A DNA stretch of 64,000 bases from Mageeibacillus sp. UBA1212 (GCA_002309655.1 DBXM01000002.1:12960-76959), one strand, 5' to 3'; counted from the stretch's first letter, positions 17,715 to 27,650 are shown. A program made the numbers and translations. Notes: generated by a model from the letters alone, not told the origin.

Positions 17715-18815
17715 TCAGCCGTTGTCCGGTTTTTCTATCACTGTTTCAGCCACTCCGGCCGTTTTTGCCGCTTCCGCCGCCTTCCGTTCCTCCGCGGTCT
17801 GCTTCCTCAACTGCCCGCACGCGGCGTCGATGTCACGTCCGAGTTCGCGCCTGACCGTCACCGACACGCCCTGCGCATCCAGCAGTCCCGCGAACCGCTC
17901 GATGTTCTTCCTGTCCGGCCGCTCGAAGCCCGTTCCCGAGACCTTGTTGACCGGAATCAGATTCACGTGGCAGAGCTTCAGTTTCTTCATCCTCGCCGCG
18001 AGCTCGTCCGCGTGCCGCTTGGAGTCGTTCACGCCCGCAATCAGCGCGTACTCGAACGTGATCCTGCGCTTCGTTTTTTCGGTGTAGTACCTGCACGCCT
18101 CGAAAAGCTCGTCCAGCGGATATTTTTTGTTGATCGGCATGATCTTCGAGCGCTCGCTGTCGAACGGGTTGTGAAGCGAGACCGACAGCGTGACCGGCAG
18201 CTTCTCGTCCGCCAGAGTGTAGATTTTGGGAACGATTCCGCACGTCGACACCGAGATCTTCCTCGCGCCGACGTTCAGCCCTTCGTCCGCCGTCACCCGC
18301 CTCAGGAACTTCACGACGTTGTCGTAATTGTCCAGCGGCTCGCCGATGCCCATGATCACGATGTGCCCGATCCTGACGTTTTCGTGCTTCTGGACCGCGA
18401 TCACCTGCCCCAGGATCTCTCCCGCCGACAGGCTTCTCGAGAACGGAATTCCCGTCGAGGCGCAGAACCTGCACCCCATTTTGCAGCCCGCCTGCGACGA
18501 AATGCACACCGAGTAGCCGTAGCTGTACTTCATCAGAACGCTCTCCACCAGCACGCCGTCCTCCTGTTCGAAAAGGAACTTCACCGTGCCGTCGAGCTGC
18601 GAGCGCTTCACGTCCGCCACCTCCGGAATACCCGTCACCGCGCACTCCGCGAGCATGGCGCGAACGTCCTTCGAAAGGTTTGTCATCTCCTCGAAGGAAG
18701 CGCCGGCCGTCAGCCGCTCCGCTATCTGTTTTGCCCTGTATTTAGGTAAATTCTTTGACGCCACGAACTCCTCGAGTTCATGCGTGTCAAGGTCGAGCAG
18801 TCTGATTTTTTCCAA
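17715..18815 (-). CDS. rlmN: 23S rRNA (A2503-C2) / tRNA methyltransferase RlmN, radical SAM
   Basis: 366 aa with CxxxCxFCAT radical-SAM motif. Conserved position relative to stp. Confidence 0.9.
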   Translation of the reverse strand: MEKIRLLDLDTHELEEFVASKNLPKYRAKQIAERLTAGASFEEMTNLSKDVRAMLAECAVTGIPEVADVKRSQLDGTVKFLFEQEDGVLVESVLMKYSYGYSVCISSQAGCKMGCRFCASTGIPFSRSLSAGEILGQVIAVQKHENVRIGHIVIMGIGEPLDNYDNVVKFLRRVTADEGLNVGARKISVSTCGIVPKIYTLADEKLPVTLSVSLHNPFDSERSKIMPINKKYPLDELFEACRYYTEKTKRRITFEYALIAGVNDSKRHADELAARMKKLKLCHVNLIPVNKVSGTGFERPDRKNIERFAGLLDAQGVSVTVRRELGRDIDAACGQLRKQTAEERKAAEAAKTAGVAETVIEKPDNG

Positions 18816-18830
18816 AGCAAGTCTTCTTTC

Positions 18831-19775
18831 TTATTTCCCGAAAACGCCCTCCAGCGTGTGCCCGTTCAAATACGCGCCCACCGGCATTCTCTTCGAATTT
18901 TCCCGCTGGATCTCCAGCACCTCCACCGCGCCCGAGCCGCACGCCACCGTCACCGAGTTCTTCCCGATGACCGCGATCCGGCCGGGTTCGGCCCCCGGAA
19001 AACCGCCCTTGCAGATTTTCGTTTTCCTGATCTTGAAGCACTCGCCGTCCAGGAACGTGAACGCCCCCGGAACCGGTTCGCACCCCCTCACCAGGTCGTG
19101 AACTTCCTGCGCGGATTTTGTCCAGTCGATAAGTCCGTCCTCTTTTTCGACGGTCTTCGCGTAAGTTGCCAGCGAGTCGTCCTGCGGCACCGGCGTGACC
19201 GTCCCGTCCATGAGTCCGTTCAGCGTTTCGACGATAAGCCTCGCCCCCACTGGCGCCAGCGCATCGTGAAGCTCGCCGGTGGTCATATCAGGCCCGATCT
19301 CCACCTTTTCCGACAGCAGCATCGCGCCTGTGTCCATTCCCGCGTCGGTCAGCATCGTCGTGACGCCGGTCTCCTTTTCGCCGTTCATCACCGCGCGCCA
19401 GATCGGAGCCGCCCCCCGGTATGCCGGAAGAAGGCTCGCGTGAACGTTCACGGTCCCGTATCTGGGAATGTCCAACACCTCCTGCGGCAGAATCTTCCCG
19501 TACGCGCACGTCACGAAAAAGTCGCATTTGTACTTTCCGATCTCCTCGAGAAACTCGGGCGTTTTCACTTTTTCCGGCGAAAGAACCGGAATTCCGCGCT
19601 TTTCCGCCTCGATTTTGACCGGACTCTTCGTCACCTTCCCGCCGCGCCCCTTGGGCTTGTCCGCCTTCGTGACGCACAGAATCACGTTGAAGTTGTCGCA
19701 CAGCGCCTCCAGCACCGGAAGCGCGAAATCGGGTGTTCCCATAAAAACAATGTCAAGAGCCACCGCGCCGATCAC
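18831..19775 (-). CDS. fmt: Methionyl-tRNA formyltransferase
   Basis: IVFMGTPDFALPVLEAL N-terminus and SLLP motif. GTG start at 19775; GTG at 19763 is an alternative. Confidence 0.9.
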   Translation of the reverse strand: MIGAVALDIVFMGTPDFALPVLEALCDNFNVILCVTKADKPKGRGGKVTKSPVKIEAEKRGIPVLSPEKVKTPEFLEEIGKYKCDFFVTCAYGKILPQEVLDIPRYGTVNVHASLLPAYRGAAPIWRAVMNGEKETGVTTMLTDAGMDTGAMLLSEKVEIGPDMTTGELHDALAPVGARLIVETLNGLMDGTVTPVPQDDSLATYAKTVEKEDGLIDWTKSAQEVHDLVRGCEPVPGAFTFLDGECFKIRKTKICKGGFPGAEPGRIAVIGKNSVTVACGSGAVEVLEIQRENSKRMPVGAYLNGHTLEGVFGK

Positions 19776-19781
19776 CCCCGG

Positions 19782-20243
19782 TTATTTTTCGGTCCTGCCG
19801 AACTCGATTGCCTTGTCCTTGTAGAGAATTCCGTCGAGGTGGTCGAACTCGTGGCAGCAGATGACCGCAAGATAGCCGGACGCCTCGAAGGAGATCTCCT
19901 CCCCGTTTTCGTTGAGCGCCTTGACCTTGACGAACATCGGCCGCTTGCACTTCCCCGCGTAACCGGGAACGCTGAGGCACCCTTCGTCGGAAATCTGCTC
20001 GCCCGCCGACTCCGTGATGACCGGGTTCACGAGCTTGAACACGTGCCCCTCTCTGTCGTCAATGACCGCCATCCGCTTCGGGATGCCGATCTGCGGCGCC
20101 GCGAGGCCCACTCCGTTCTTGTCGTACATGGTCTCGAGCATGTCGTCGAGCACCTTTCTGATGCTGTCGGTCACCGCCGGAACCTCTTTACACACTTCTC
20201 TGAGGACGGGATTCCCGTCCGTTCTGATGTTTCTGATTGCCAT
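19782..20243 (-). CDS. def: Peptide deformylase
   Basis: Start reassigned to ATG at 20243 (MAIRNIRTDGNPVLRE), 6 nt after GGGAGGTGG. Motifs GVGLAAPQIG, EGCLS and HEFDH are present. Confidence 0.9.
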   Translation of the reverse strand: MAIRNIRTDGNPVLREVCKEVPAVTDSIRKVLDDMLETMYDKNGVGLAAPQIGIPKRMAVIDDREGHVFKLVNPVITESAGEQISDEGCLSVPGYAGKCKRPMFVKVKALNENGEEISFEASGYLAVICCHEFDHLDGILYKDKAIEFGRTEK

Positions 20244-20459
20244 GAATGGCCACCTCCCGTTCTCTCCGCCGCCTTTATTTGCGCCGGTATTTTGCGGCTT
20301 GTTAAAGCAAAAAATGCAATTTCCGGCCGGGAACCGTAAACACAGCGCCCTCTGCACAAAAATTGCAAATTATGCATACTGCCCGTGAAAGACTTCCGTC
20401 AGCACGGCCATCCGCCGAAAGGCACAATATACCGTCTTTCCGCCGCATTAATTATTATT

Positions 20460-21053
20460 TCAGTCGTCAGACTCGATGTCGAAAAGGAAATCCTCGATCG
20501 TAGAGGCGTTCCCGTTTCCGGCCGCTTCTTCCGCCGCGCCGTCCGCCTGCTCGACCGTCGCGATCATGTCGTCGATATCGTCGTTCTCGTCAATACCGAT
20601 GTCGCCCGTGTCGTCGTCCTCAACCTTCGGCTTCTCTTTCTTCGGCTTCGCCTTCTCGGTCTCCTCCTTGCGCTCAACCTTCGGATCGAGCGAGATGAAG
20701 AACTGGATGAAGTAGAACACCACGAACAGCACCAGCGCCACCGTCATGTTGCGGATAACGCCGAAAGGCTCGTAGAGGAAAAGTACCGTCGCCGCCGCGA
20801 TGAACAAAACCGCCTTTATGACGACCATGATTGCGTACTTTTTGTTCTTCAGCATATCCTTGTTCGATGCGATCGGCAGCACGAATTCGATGCACGCCAC
20901 CATCACGATCGCCAGCGCGAGAAGTCCCGTCGCCACAATCTTCTGGACCTGCGCCTCGAGGTTGAAAAATCCGAACTCGACCGCCAGGAATCCAACCAGC
21001 GACAGGAGGATTATTACGTAGAACAAGTTTGTCAAACCGTTTCTCTTTTTCAT
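20460..21053 (-). CDS. Hypothetical 4-TM membrane protein with strongly acidic C-terminal tail
   Basis: Start placed at ATG 21053 (MKKRNGLTN), 10 nt after GGAGGT. The track start at 21080 would bury this RBS inside the coding sequence. Confidence 0.5.
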   Translation of the reverse strand: MKKRNGLTNLFYVIILLSLVGFLAVEFGFFNLEAQVQKIVATGLLALAIVMVACIEFVLPIASNKDMLKNKKYAIMVVIKAVLFIAAATVLFLYEPFGVIRNMTVALVLFVVFYFIQFFISLDPKVERKEETEKAKPKKEKPKVEDDDTGDIGIDENDDIDDMIATVEQADGAAEEAAGNGNASTIEDFLFDIESDD

Positions 21054-21159
21054 TTTCTGTCTGACCTCCGAAGTCAACATTCACGGCAGACCCGCCCTGA
21101 ATTTCGCGAAAATCTGCCAACCCACGGCTGTTTTGCCGCATTCAACTGTTATTTTACCG

Positions 21160-22491
21160 CTAAATCTTTAAATATGCCTTAAAATCGTCCAACTTGACGC
21201 TCTGCTGTTCTCCGGTTTTCATGTTTTTCAGCATGACCGAGGAACTTTCTTTTTCGTCCGCCCCGCAAACCATCACGTAGGGAATGCCAAGTTTGTTCGC
21301 ATACGTCAGCTTTTTGCCCATTTTGCCGCCGTTGAGATACGTCTCCGCGGGAATTCCGGCCGCCCGCACTTCCGCCGCGACCCTCAGTCCGTAGTAGACC
21401 GTGTCATCCATCGGCACCACCAGCACCTTTGTCGTCGTCGCCGGTGCGTCGTCCGCTCCGATGATTCCCGACTCCCTGAGCTGGTAGAAAAGCCTCGAGA
21501 GGCCTATCGAAATTCCGACGCCGGGAAGCTTCTGCGACGTGTAGTTTGAAGCAAGTTCGTCATAACGGCCGCCCGAGCAGATGCTGCCGAGTTCCGGATG
21601 ATCGTTGAGGAACGTCTCGTAAACGGTTCCCGTGTAGTAGTCGAGCCCGCGCGCGATCCTCAGATTCACGCTGAAGCACTCCTCCGGCACTCCGTATGCC
21701 GAAATCGCGCCGCAAACCGCCTCCAGCTCGTCCACGCCCGCCTTGAAAAGCTCGTTTTCGACGTTCATTGCCCTGAGCCCGCCGATAATCTCAGCCGGCT
21801 TCCCGCAAAGCGAAGCAAGTTCCGCCGCGGCCTTGACAGCCTCTTCGCCGAGCCCCAGCTTTGTGAGCTCCTCGCAGACCGCCTTCAGCCCGATCTTGTC
21901 AAGCCTGTCGATGCACCTCAGTACCTCGGTCGGATCCTCGACGCCGTACTGCGCGAAAAAGCCTCCGAGCACCTTGCGGTTGTTGATCATGATCTTGAAG
22001 TCGCCGATGTCGAGTGATTTGAAGGTGTTGTAGATCACGCCCACGATTTCGGCGTCGTTGTAGACCGAAAGCGTCCCGTTGCCGACAATGTCGATGTCGC
22101 ACTGGTAGAACTCCCTGAACCTGCCCTTCTGCGGTTTCTCGCCGCGGTAGACCTTCCCGATGTGATAGCGCCTGAACGGGAACGTGAGCTCGCCGCTGTG
22201 CATACTGACGTACCTCGCCAGCGGAACCGTCAGGTCAAACCTCAGCGAAAGGTCGTTGTCGCCCTTGTTGAACCGGTACACCTGCTTCGCCGTATCGCCC
22301 CCGCTCTTTGCGAGAAGCACCTCCGACCGCTCGATAACCGGCGTGTCGATGGGCACGAACCCGAAACTCTCGTATGAATTTCTGATCTTGTCGAGCATCG
22401 CGTTAAAAAGAATCTGCTCGCGCGGAAGAAGTTCCATGAACCCGGCGAGAATCGAAGGCTCGACGATCTGCTTTTTTTCGTTATTTTCCAT
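21160..22491 (-). CDS. hisS: Histidine--tRNA ligase
   Basis: Start reassigned to ATG 22491 (MENNEKKQIV...). Class II aaRS motifs (RFREFYQCDIDIVG) plus a C-terminal anticodon-binding domain (VLVVPMDD...YVMVCGADE), which separates it from the HisZ paralog at 62655. Confidence 0.85.
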   Translation of the reverse strand: MENNEKKQIVEPSILAGFMELLPREQILFNAMLDKIRNSYESFGFVPIDTPVIERSEVLLAKSGGDTAKQVYRFNKGDNDLSLRFDLTVPLARYVSMHSGELTFPFRRYHIGKVYRGEKPQKGRFREFYQCDIDIVGNGTLSVYNDAEIVGVIYNTFKSLDIGDFKIMINNRKVLGGFFAQYGVEDPTEVLRCIDRLDKIGLKAVCEELTKLGLGEEAVKAAAELASLCGKPAEIIGGLRAMNVENELFKAGVDELEAVCGAISAYGVPEECFSVNLRIARGLDYYTGTVYETFLNDHPELGSICSGGRYDELASNYTSQKLPGVGISIGLSRLFYQLRESGIIGADDAPATTTKVLVVPMDDTVYYGLRVAAEVRAAGIPAETYLNGGKMGKKLTYANKLGIPYVMVCGADEKESSSVMLKNMKTGEQQSVKLDDFKAYLKI

Positions 22492-22573
22492 ATTTCCCTG
22501 CCTTCGGGGAATCCGGCGTTTCCGGTCCCCCTTTAAACGAAATGCCCCGGAATGATTTACAAACCGGGGCAAA

Positions 22574-22649
22574 TGGTGACCCATCGGAGGCTCGAACTCC
22601 GGACACCCTGATTAAAAGCCAGGTGCTCTACCGACTGAGCTAATGAGTC
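22574..22649 (-). tRNA. tRNA-Lys (anticodon TTT)
   Basis: Minus-strand sequence GACTCATTAGCTCAGTCGGTAGAGCACCTGGCTTTTAATCAGGGTGTCCGGAGTTCGAGCCTCCGATGGGTCACCA folds into a canonical cloverleaf. Has 7-bp acceptor stem, GG in the D-loop, anticodon loop CTTTTAA, T-loop TTCGAGC and encoded CCA. Confidence 0.9.
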
Positions 22650-22668
22650 ATGCGCATTTTCGCGCCCG

Positions 22669-22700
22669 ATTATGATATCAAATCCGCTCAAATATGTCAA
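22669..22700 (-). promoter_or_regulatory. Sigma-A-type promoter for tRNA-Lys (TTGACA-N17-TATCAT)
   Basis: Minus-strand TTGACATATTTGAGCGGATTTGATATCATAAT ends about 20 nt upstream of the tRNA 5' end. Confidence 0.45.
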
Positions 22701-22798
22701 CAGTTTTTTTGCGTTTTTCTGAAAAATCGCGCAAACGCCTTCAAAAAACCGCCTTTCCGGCCTTTAAACGCCTGTTCGCGAGTTCTTCCGGCCCCGCT

Positions 22799-23203
22799 TT
22801 ACTGCCCTTTCCGGGAGTTCTCCGGCCGGGAGTTCTCCGACCCGCCTTTCTCGATCGAGTCAAGAACCGCCTTCGCCGCTTCAAGCTCCGCCACCGCCGC
22901 TCTTCTCGCCGCCGCCACCGCCTCGGTGTTCTCCGACGGTTTCCTCACGCGCCTCTGTCTCTTTTTTTTGCTGACCAGCACGCAGAGCGACGCGACGAAC
23001 CCGGCGAGAACAACTCCGAGACCCGCGCAGACCGCAAACGAGGCCGCAGTGTATTCCCGGAAAAAGTCTGAAACGCCTTCGACTCCGGTCTTATCGAGAA
23101 CGAAGCTCCGGACCGGCTCAACCGCAATGTACGCGACCGCCGCCAGCACCGCAAGCCCAAGCAGCACCGCACAAATTATGAGGAACACTCTCTCAGCTTT
23201 CAT
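22799..23203 (-). CDS. Hypothetical small membrane protein (2 TM) with Ala/Arg-rich C-terminal helix
   Basis: Start at ATG 23203 (MKAERVFLIIC), after GGGAGGTG. The overlapping plus-strand ORF 22650..23297 is rejected. Confidence 0.45.
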   Translation of the reverse strand: MKAERVFLIICAVLLGLAVLAAVAYIAVEPVRSFVLDKTGVEGVSDFFREYTAASFAVCAGLGVVLAGFVASLCVLVSKKKRQRRVRKPSENTEAVAAARRAAVAELEAAKAVLDSIEKGGSENSRPENSRKGQ

Positions 23204-23359
23204 CCGGAACACCTCCCGTCTTTCCCGAAACCGGCCTTTTTCAGCCCTCATCTTATATTTTCGCATTTTTCGAGCCGAAATTCAATATAAATATTAAAAT
23301 TAAACGCCTGCGCATTAGGCTTTATCTTTTAGCGCTCGCAGGTCTCCGCCAACTTCCAG

Positions 23360-23470
23360 TGTTTTTTCATGCGCCGCCCGTGTTTTTTCATACGCCCGTG
23401 TTTTTTCATACGCCCGTGTTTTTTCATGCGCCGCCCGTGTTTTCTCATACGCCGCCTATGTTTTCCCAAA
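23360..23470. repeat. Tandem array of about 5.5 copies of an 18-21 bp unit GTGTTTTTTCAT(A/G)CGCC(GCC)C immediately upstream of the -35 of the DMT transporter promoter
   Basis: Units read at 23360, 23381, 23399, 23417 and 23438, with a degenerate copy at 23461. Each carries a T6/A6 tract, so A-tracts recur every 18-21 bp (about two helical turns). Confidence 0.7.
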
Positions 23471-23539
23471 AGTGCTTGAATATTTTCCGCCGGTGTTGTA
23501 AATTACGTTCTGAAATAAACTACGGAGTGATTTTGCTTT

Positions 23540-24505
23540 ATGCCTTATCTGCTTCTTGCCGGCGCATGCCTGTTTTTCTCGATCCAGTTCATATTCCCGA
23601 AGCTCTTCCAGCGGCGAACCGACGGCACGGTTCACGCCGCCACGTGGAGCAACCTCATGAACGGTATCGCGATGTTCGCGATCTTTTTCGCAATCAACGG
23701 CTTCACGCTGGCTTTTTCGCGCTCTTCCGTGCTTTTCGCCGTCGTCTACTCGCTGAGCAGCATCGTCTGCACCGTCGCCTCGCTTATCGGCATGACCGTC
23801 ACGAGCGTCGCGGCGATAACGTTCTACACCCTTCTGGGCGGCGTCGTGCTGCCGTTCTTCTACGGAGTTGCGGTGCTCGGCGAAAAACCCTCGGTTTGGC
23901 GCTGGACCGGCGCCGCGCTCCTTGTCGCCGCGCTGCTGATTCCTTTTGTGCTCGACAATATCTCGGCCAAAAAGAACAAGTCTCAGGCTGATTCCGGCGA
24001 TATTCCCGGGGATCGCAAGACTCCCTCAAAGCTCAAGATAATCCTCTGCGCCGCCGGCGTTTTCGTCACGAACGGTCTGATCAGCATCGTCACCACCGCC
24101 GCAATGCGCGAACCCGACGCCGTCTCCGACCGCGACTTTCTGCTGATTGCCACACTTATAAGGATCGCCTGCTCCCTCGCGATGCTCGCCTTTTTCTGGA
24201 TCAGGAACAAGACGCGCACTCCGCTTCCGACCGACACCCGCACGGGGCTTCCCGCCGGCGGCAAGGTCATGCTGCTCCTGTTTTTCTTCTGCTTCTGCTA
24301 CGCGCTTCTGAACGGTGCCGGCAACCTCTGCAGCCTCAACTGCGCCAAGCAGATGGACGCCTCGCTTCAATACCCGGTCATCAGCGCCGCATGCATTATC
24401 TTCTCCGCGGTCATCGGCTTCCTGATCTTCCGCGAAAAGCCGAGCAAAGGCTCCCTGATCGGCATCGCGGTCTCCGTCGTCGGCATCATTTTGTTCATCT
24501 TTTGA
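23540..24505 (+). CDS. DMT-superfamily (EamA-like) 10-TM transporter
   Basis: 321 aa with two EamA-like 5-TM halves. Confidence 0.75.
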   Translation: MPYLLLAGACLFFSIQFIFPKLFQRRTDGTVHAATWSNLMNGIAMFAIFFAINGFTLAFSRSSVLFAVVYSLSSIVCTVASLIGMTVTSVAAITFYTLLGGVVLPFFYGVAVLGEKPSVWRWTGAALLVAALLIPFVLDNISAKKNKSQADSGDIPGDRKTPSKLKIILCAAGVFVTNGLISIVTTAAMREPDAVSDRDFLLIATLIRIACSLAMLAFFWIRNKTRTPLPTDTRTGLPAGGKVMLLLFFFCFCYALLNGAGNLCSLNCAKQMDASLQYPVISAACIIFSAVIGFLIFREKPSKGSLIGIAVSVVGIILFIF

Positions 24506-24534
24506 TTTTACCTTGTTTTAGGATAAAACACAAA

Positions 24535-24590
24535 GCGGCCCGGTCTTTTTGGTTTAACCGAAAAGACCGGGCCGCCGCTTTCCTCACCTA
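24535..24590. terminator. Bidirectional hairpin terminator (15-bp stem GCGGCCCGGTCTTTT / AAAAGACCGGGCCGC) between convergent genes
   Basis: Inverted repeat at 24535-24549 and 24561-24575. The minus-strand transcript has the hairpin followed by UUUGUGUUUUAU. Confidence 0.5.
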
Positions 24591-24603
24591 AAAACCCGGG
24601 GAA

Positions 24604-25338
24604 CTACTCCCCGCGGCATGCTTTCACAAAGGCCTCGAATATCGCCTTCTGCTTCGGGTCCTTTTGCCACAGATGCTCGGGGTGCCACTGGACTCCCACG
24701 CAGAAAGACATATCCGTCTTTTCGATGCATTCGATTATTCCGTCGTCGGCTCTGGCGGTAACAACAAACCCTTCACCGACCCTGTCCACAGCCTGGTGGT
24801 GGTGCGAATTGACCATAATACGCTCTTCCTTCACGAAACCGTAAAGTCGCGAAGGCTTTGAAACGTTCACGTACTGCGTTGCCACGTTCGCGGGCGAATG
24901 TTGGGAATGGAGCAGCCTTGCGGCGCCGTCCTCCGCTCTGTACTCACCGGGAATATCCTGGTAAAGCGTTCCACCGGCCGCCACGTTGATCAGCTGGATG
25001 CCTCTGCAGATCGCCAGCACCGGTCTGTCAAGGCGCACTGCCGCCCTGAAATACCCGAGTTCGGCGCGGTCCCTTTCGGGCTGAACTTCCCCGCACCCGA
25101 TGCGCATATTCTGTCCGTACTCGTCAGGCGAAACGTCGTTTCCGCCCGAGAACAGAAACCCGTCGACCCTCTTCGCGACCTCTTCAAAATCGCTCTCTTC
25201 CGGCTTCATCGAAACCAAAACGGGAATCGCGCCGCACGCTTCAAGCGCGTCAAAATATGCCGCGGAAGTGTAATATCTTCCCTCTCCCTGGGACAGCCCG
25301 GGCGTCACCGCAATCAAAACTTTTTTCATATCGTCCAA
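24604..25338 (-). CDS. Class I glutamine amidotransferase-like gamma-glutamyl hydrolase (PuuD / peptidase C26 family)
   Basis: 244 aa. Motifs GFLFSGG, CRGIQLIN, HHQAV and WHPE are present. TTG start at 25338 or ATG at 25329. Confidence 0.8.
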   Translation of the reverse strand: MDDMKKVLIAVTPGLSQGEGRYYTSAAYFDALEACGAIPVLVSMKPEESDFEEVAKRVDGFLFSGGNDVSPDEYGQNMRIGCGEVQPERDRAELGYFRAAVRLDRPVLAICRGIQLINVAAGGTLYQDIPGEYRAEDGAARLLHSQHSPANVATQYVNVSKPSRLYGFVKEERIMVNSHHHQAVDRVGEGFVVTARADDGIIECIEKTDMSFCVGVQWHPEHLWQKDPKQKAIFEAFVKACRGE

Positions 25339-25487
25339 TCAGTCTAAAATACAATTCACGGATACGGTTCAAGCCCCGTTCCTTAATTCAAACGTAAAGA
25401 AAGGCGCACCCTGCCGCAATCACGCCGCCCGGTGCGCCTTACCGTTCACCGGCGAACCCGCCGGATGAAATCAATAGCCGGCCTTAT

Positions 25488-26336
25488 TTAGTAGGCAAAT
25501 ACGTACTCGTCTCCGAACTCAACCGGCAAAATCTCGACATCAGGAACCTGTTCGAGCGCCTGCTCAAGTTCTCTCTCGCAGAATTTGCAGAGTCTGTAGC
25601 CCTGACGTGTCGCCTCACGCGCGGCGGTGGTTGCCTCTTCACTCGCTTCGATAGCGATAAGCTCGCCGGTGTTGTGGAGCGACTGGCAGTTCTCGTCGAG
25701 GTGGAAGCAGTGGCCGAACGCGGTTACGTAAACCTGCGCCTGGTCAAGAGAAATAGCCTGGTTGACGTCTTCCTCCGAAACCGGATGGTAGTCGATGGAC
25801 GAGAACACGCCGATAAGCAGCGCCACGATAGCGACCGCGGCGGCAATCCACTTCTCTTTGGTGTTGAGCTTGCTGTTCTTGCTCGTGAAAAGAACGATAA
25901 TAAACGGCACGAAGCAGAGTATCGCGACGATTGCGCCGAGCTGGTTCTGAATGAAGAACCTGAACTTGTTCTCTCTTGAGCAGGGATCGAGGTGGTTGGC
26001 TTTCTTCCAGAGCTGTGAGCCGATCACAAGGAAGATAAGGTCAAGGACCAGGAAGATGATGAGATAGAGCAAATAGTTGTCGGGAAGCGTCGGAATAAGA
26101 TCCGGGAGGTACCACTTGCCGGTGACGTTCATGATAGCTACCAGCTCGCATGCGAGAGCAAGTACCCAAAGGATGATTGCGCCTACACGCAGCCCCGTTG
26201 CTTTTGACTTGTCGGCCTCTGTAACGGCGACCTTGGCGGTCTTCTTGGAAGAGGTGGTCGTCTTGGCGGCGGTGGACTTCGTCACGGTTTTTTTGGTTCC
26301 GTCCGACTGCTGCTTAATAATTTTCTTTTCTGCCAT
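25488..26336 (-). CDS. Membrane protein (about 5 TM) with C-terminal Ada-like Cys4 zinc-binding domain
   Basis: 282 aa. The C-terminal FGHCFHLDENCQSL...GYRLCKFCE resembles the Ada N-terminal metal-binding fold. Last gene of the oxidative-stress gene string. Confidence 0.5.
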   Translation of the reverse strand: MAEKKIIKQQSDGTKKTVTKSTAAKTTTSSKKTAKVAVTEADKSKATGLRVGAIILWVLALACELVAIMNVTGKWYLPDLIPTLPDNYLLYLIIFLVLDLIFLVIGSQLWKKANHLDPCSRENKFRFFIQNQLGAIVAILCFVPFIIVLFTSKNSKLNTKEKWIAAAVAIVALLIGVFSSIDYHPVSEEDVNQAISLDQAQVYVTAFGHCFHLDENCQSLHNTGELIAIEASEEATTAAREATRQGYRLCKFCERELEQALEQVPDVEILPVEFGDEYVFAY

Positions 26337-26366
26337 AATAGTTCTCCTTCGTAAAAGTGAAAGTTA

Positions 26367-27026
26367 TTAATAGTTCTCAGAGTGTACTTCAAAATAACTC
26401 TGAGGATGTGCGCAAACAGGGCAAATCTCCGGAGCTTTCGTTCCAACAACGATGTGTCCGCAGTTTCTGCACTCCCAAACCTTGACTTCGCTCTTCGCGA
26501 AAACTTCCTGCGCCTCTACGTTGTGAAGCAGCGCGCGGTATCTCTCCTCGTGGCGCTTCTCGATGGCCGCGACCCCGCGGAATTTCGCCGCAAGTGCCGG
26601 GAAGCCCTCGGCCTCAGCCGTCTTTGCGAAATTCTCGTACATGTCGGTCCACTCGAAATTCTCGCCCTCGGCTGCCGCGAGAAGATTCTCGGCCGTCGAA
26701 CCGATTCCGTTGAGTTCCTTGAACCAGAGCTTCGCGTGCTCTTTCTCATTGTCGGCCGTCTTCAGGAACAGCTCGGCAATCTGCTCAAAGCCCTCTTTTT
26801 TTGCCTTCGAAGCAAAATATGTATACTTGTTTCTGGCCTGAGACTCGCCCGCGAAAGCGGCAAGCAGATTCTGCTCGGTCTTCGTTCCGGCATACGGATT
26901 GGACTTCTTCGCTTCCTCGATAAGCTCGAGGCTGTCTCCGTCAACACCGCATACAGGGCAAACCGGGGTCTCTCCGTCAGCCACTTCAAACTCTTCGCCG
27001 CATACCAGGCAACGATACTTTTTCAT
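26367..27026 (-). CDS. rbr: Rubrerythrin with N- and C-terminal rubredoxin-like CxxC domains
   Basis: 219 aa. CLVCG...CPVCG N-terminal rubredoxin, ferritin-like ExxH diiron core, and C-terminal CRNCG...CPVC. Confidence 0.85.
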   Translation of the reverse strand: MKKYRCLVCGEEFEVADGETPVCPVCGVDGDSLELIEEAKKSNPYAGTKTEQNLLAAFAGESQARNKYTYFASKAKKEGFEQIAELFLKTADNEKEHAKLWFKELNGIGSTAENLLAAAEGENFEWTDMYENFAKTAEAEGFPALAAKFRGVAAIEKRHEERYRALLHNVEAQEVFAKSEVKVWECRNCGHIVVGTKAPEICPVCAHPQSYFEVHSENY

Positions 27027-27082
27027 AATAACCTCCGTGAATTCAATAATTATATCTGAAAGGACAGGCCTTTCTTATATGT

Positions 27083-27457
27083 TCAGCCTTTCCAAAGTCC
27101 GTGCAGATTGCAATATGCAAAGACCTCTTCGACTTCGTCTCCCTCGCAAATCGGGAAGCAGACTTTGGGCTCGTCACCGGGATGAAGCGCCTTCCTCTGA
27201 TTGCCGGATTTGGTTTTAAGGGCGACCCACTCGATATAGTGCGCGTCAACCATGGGATGCGCGACGAATCCTATATCAACAATTACCTTTCCGTTTTCGA
27301 CAGTCCATACCGGAACGTGCTTCTCGACGGAAGCGTCCGTCGTGCCCGGAATTATCTGCTTCATAGGCTGTCCGCAGCACATGATCGGCACGCCTGTCTT
27401 TTTAACGACGGCCACGATCTGTCCGCATTTCTCGCAACGGTAAAATAGCATTTCCAT
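27083..27457 (-). CDS. dfx: Desulfoferrodoxin (2Fe superoxide reductase)
   Basis: Start reassigned to ATG 27457 (MEMLFYRCEKCGQIV), 5 nt after AGGAGGT. Desulforedoxin CxxC...CC N-domain plus SOR domain (HxP, EHVPVW). A TTGACC-N17-TACAAT promoter lies upstream. Confidence 0.8.
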   Translation of the reverse strand: MEMLFYRCEKCGQIVAVVKKTGVPIMCCGQPMKQIIPGTTDASVEKHVPVWTVENGKVIVDIGFVAHPMVDAHYIEWVALKTKSGNQRKALHPGDEPKVCFPICEGDEVEEVFAYCNLHGLWKG

Positions 27458-27650
27458 ATAATACCTCCTGATTTTCCGGCATCTGGCGCGGGCCTTCTGC
27501 CGTACTGAACTTACGTAATTTCCCGTTTTTTGCATCGTCGAAAACCATAGTTTTCCCGTGCCGCTGTACTCACCTTAATTGTACCAAAAAACTCGTAAAT
27601 GGTCAACAGTTTTCTTGTCTTCGACCGCTCGACCGCTCTTACCCGCCCGG

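Noticed and set aside
22650-23297. 215-aa plus ORF and the 23359..23991 plus ORF (FFHAPPVFFHTPV repeats)
   Set aside because: The first is antisense to the small membrane protein and overlaps the tRNA promoter.
The second is the translation of the tandem DNA repeat array and the promoter of the DMT transporter, and is not coding.
23360-23470. Possible CRISPR array
   Set aside because: Units are 18-21 bp with no intervening unique spacers and no cas genes.
It is a simple tandem repeat.
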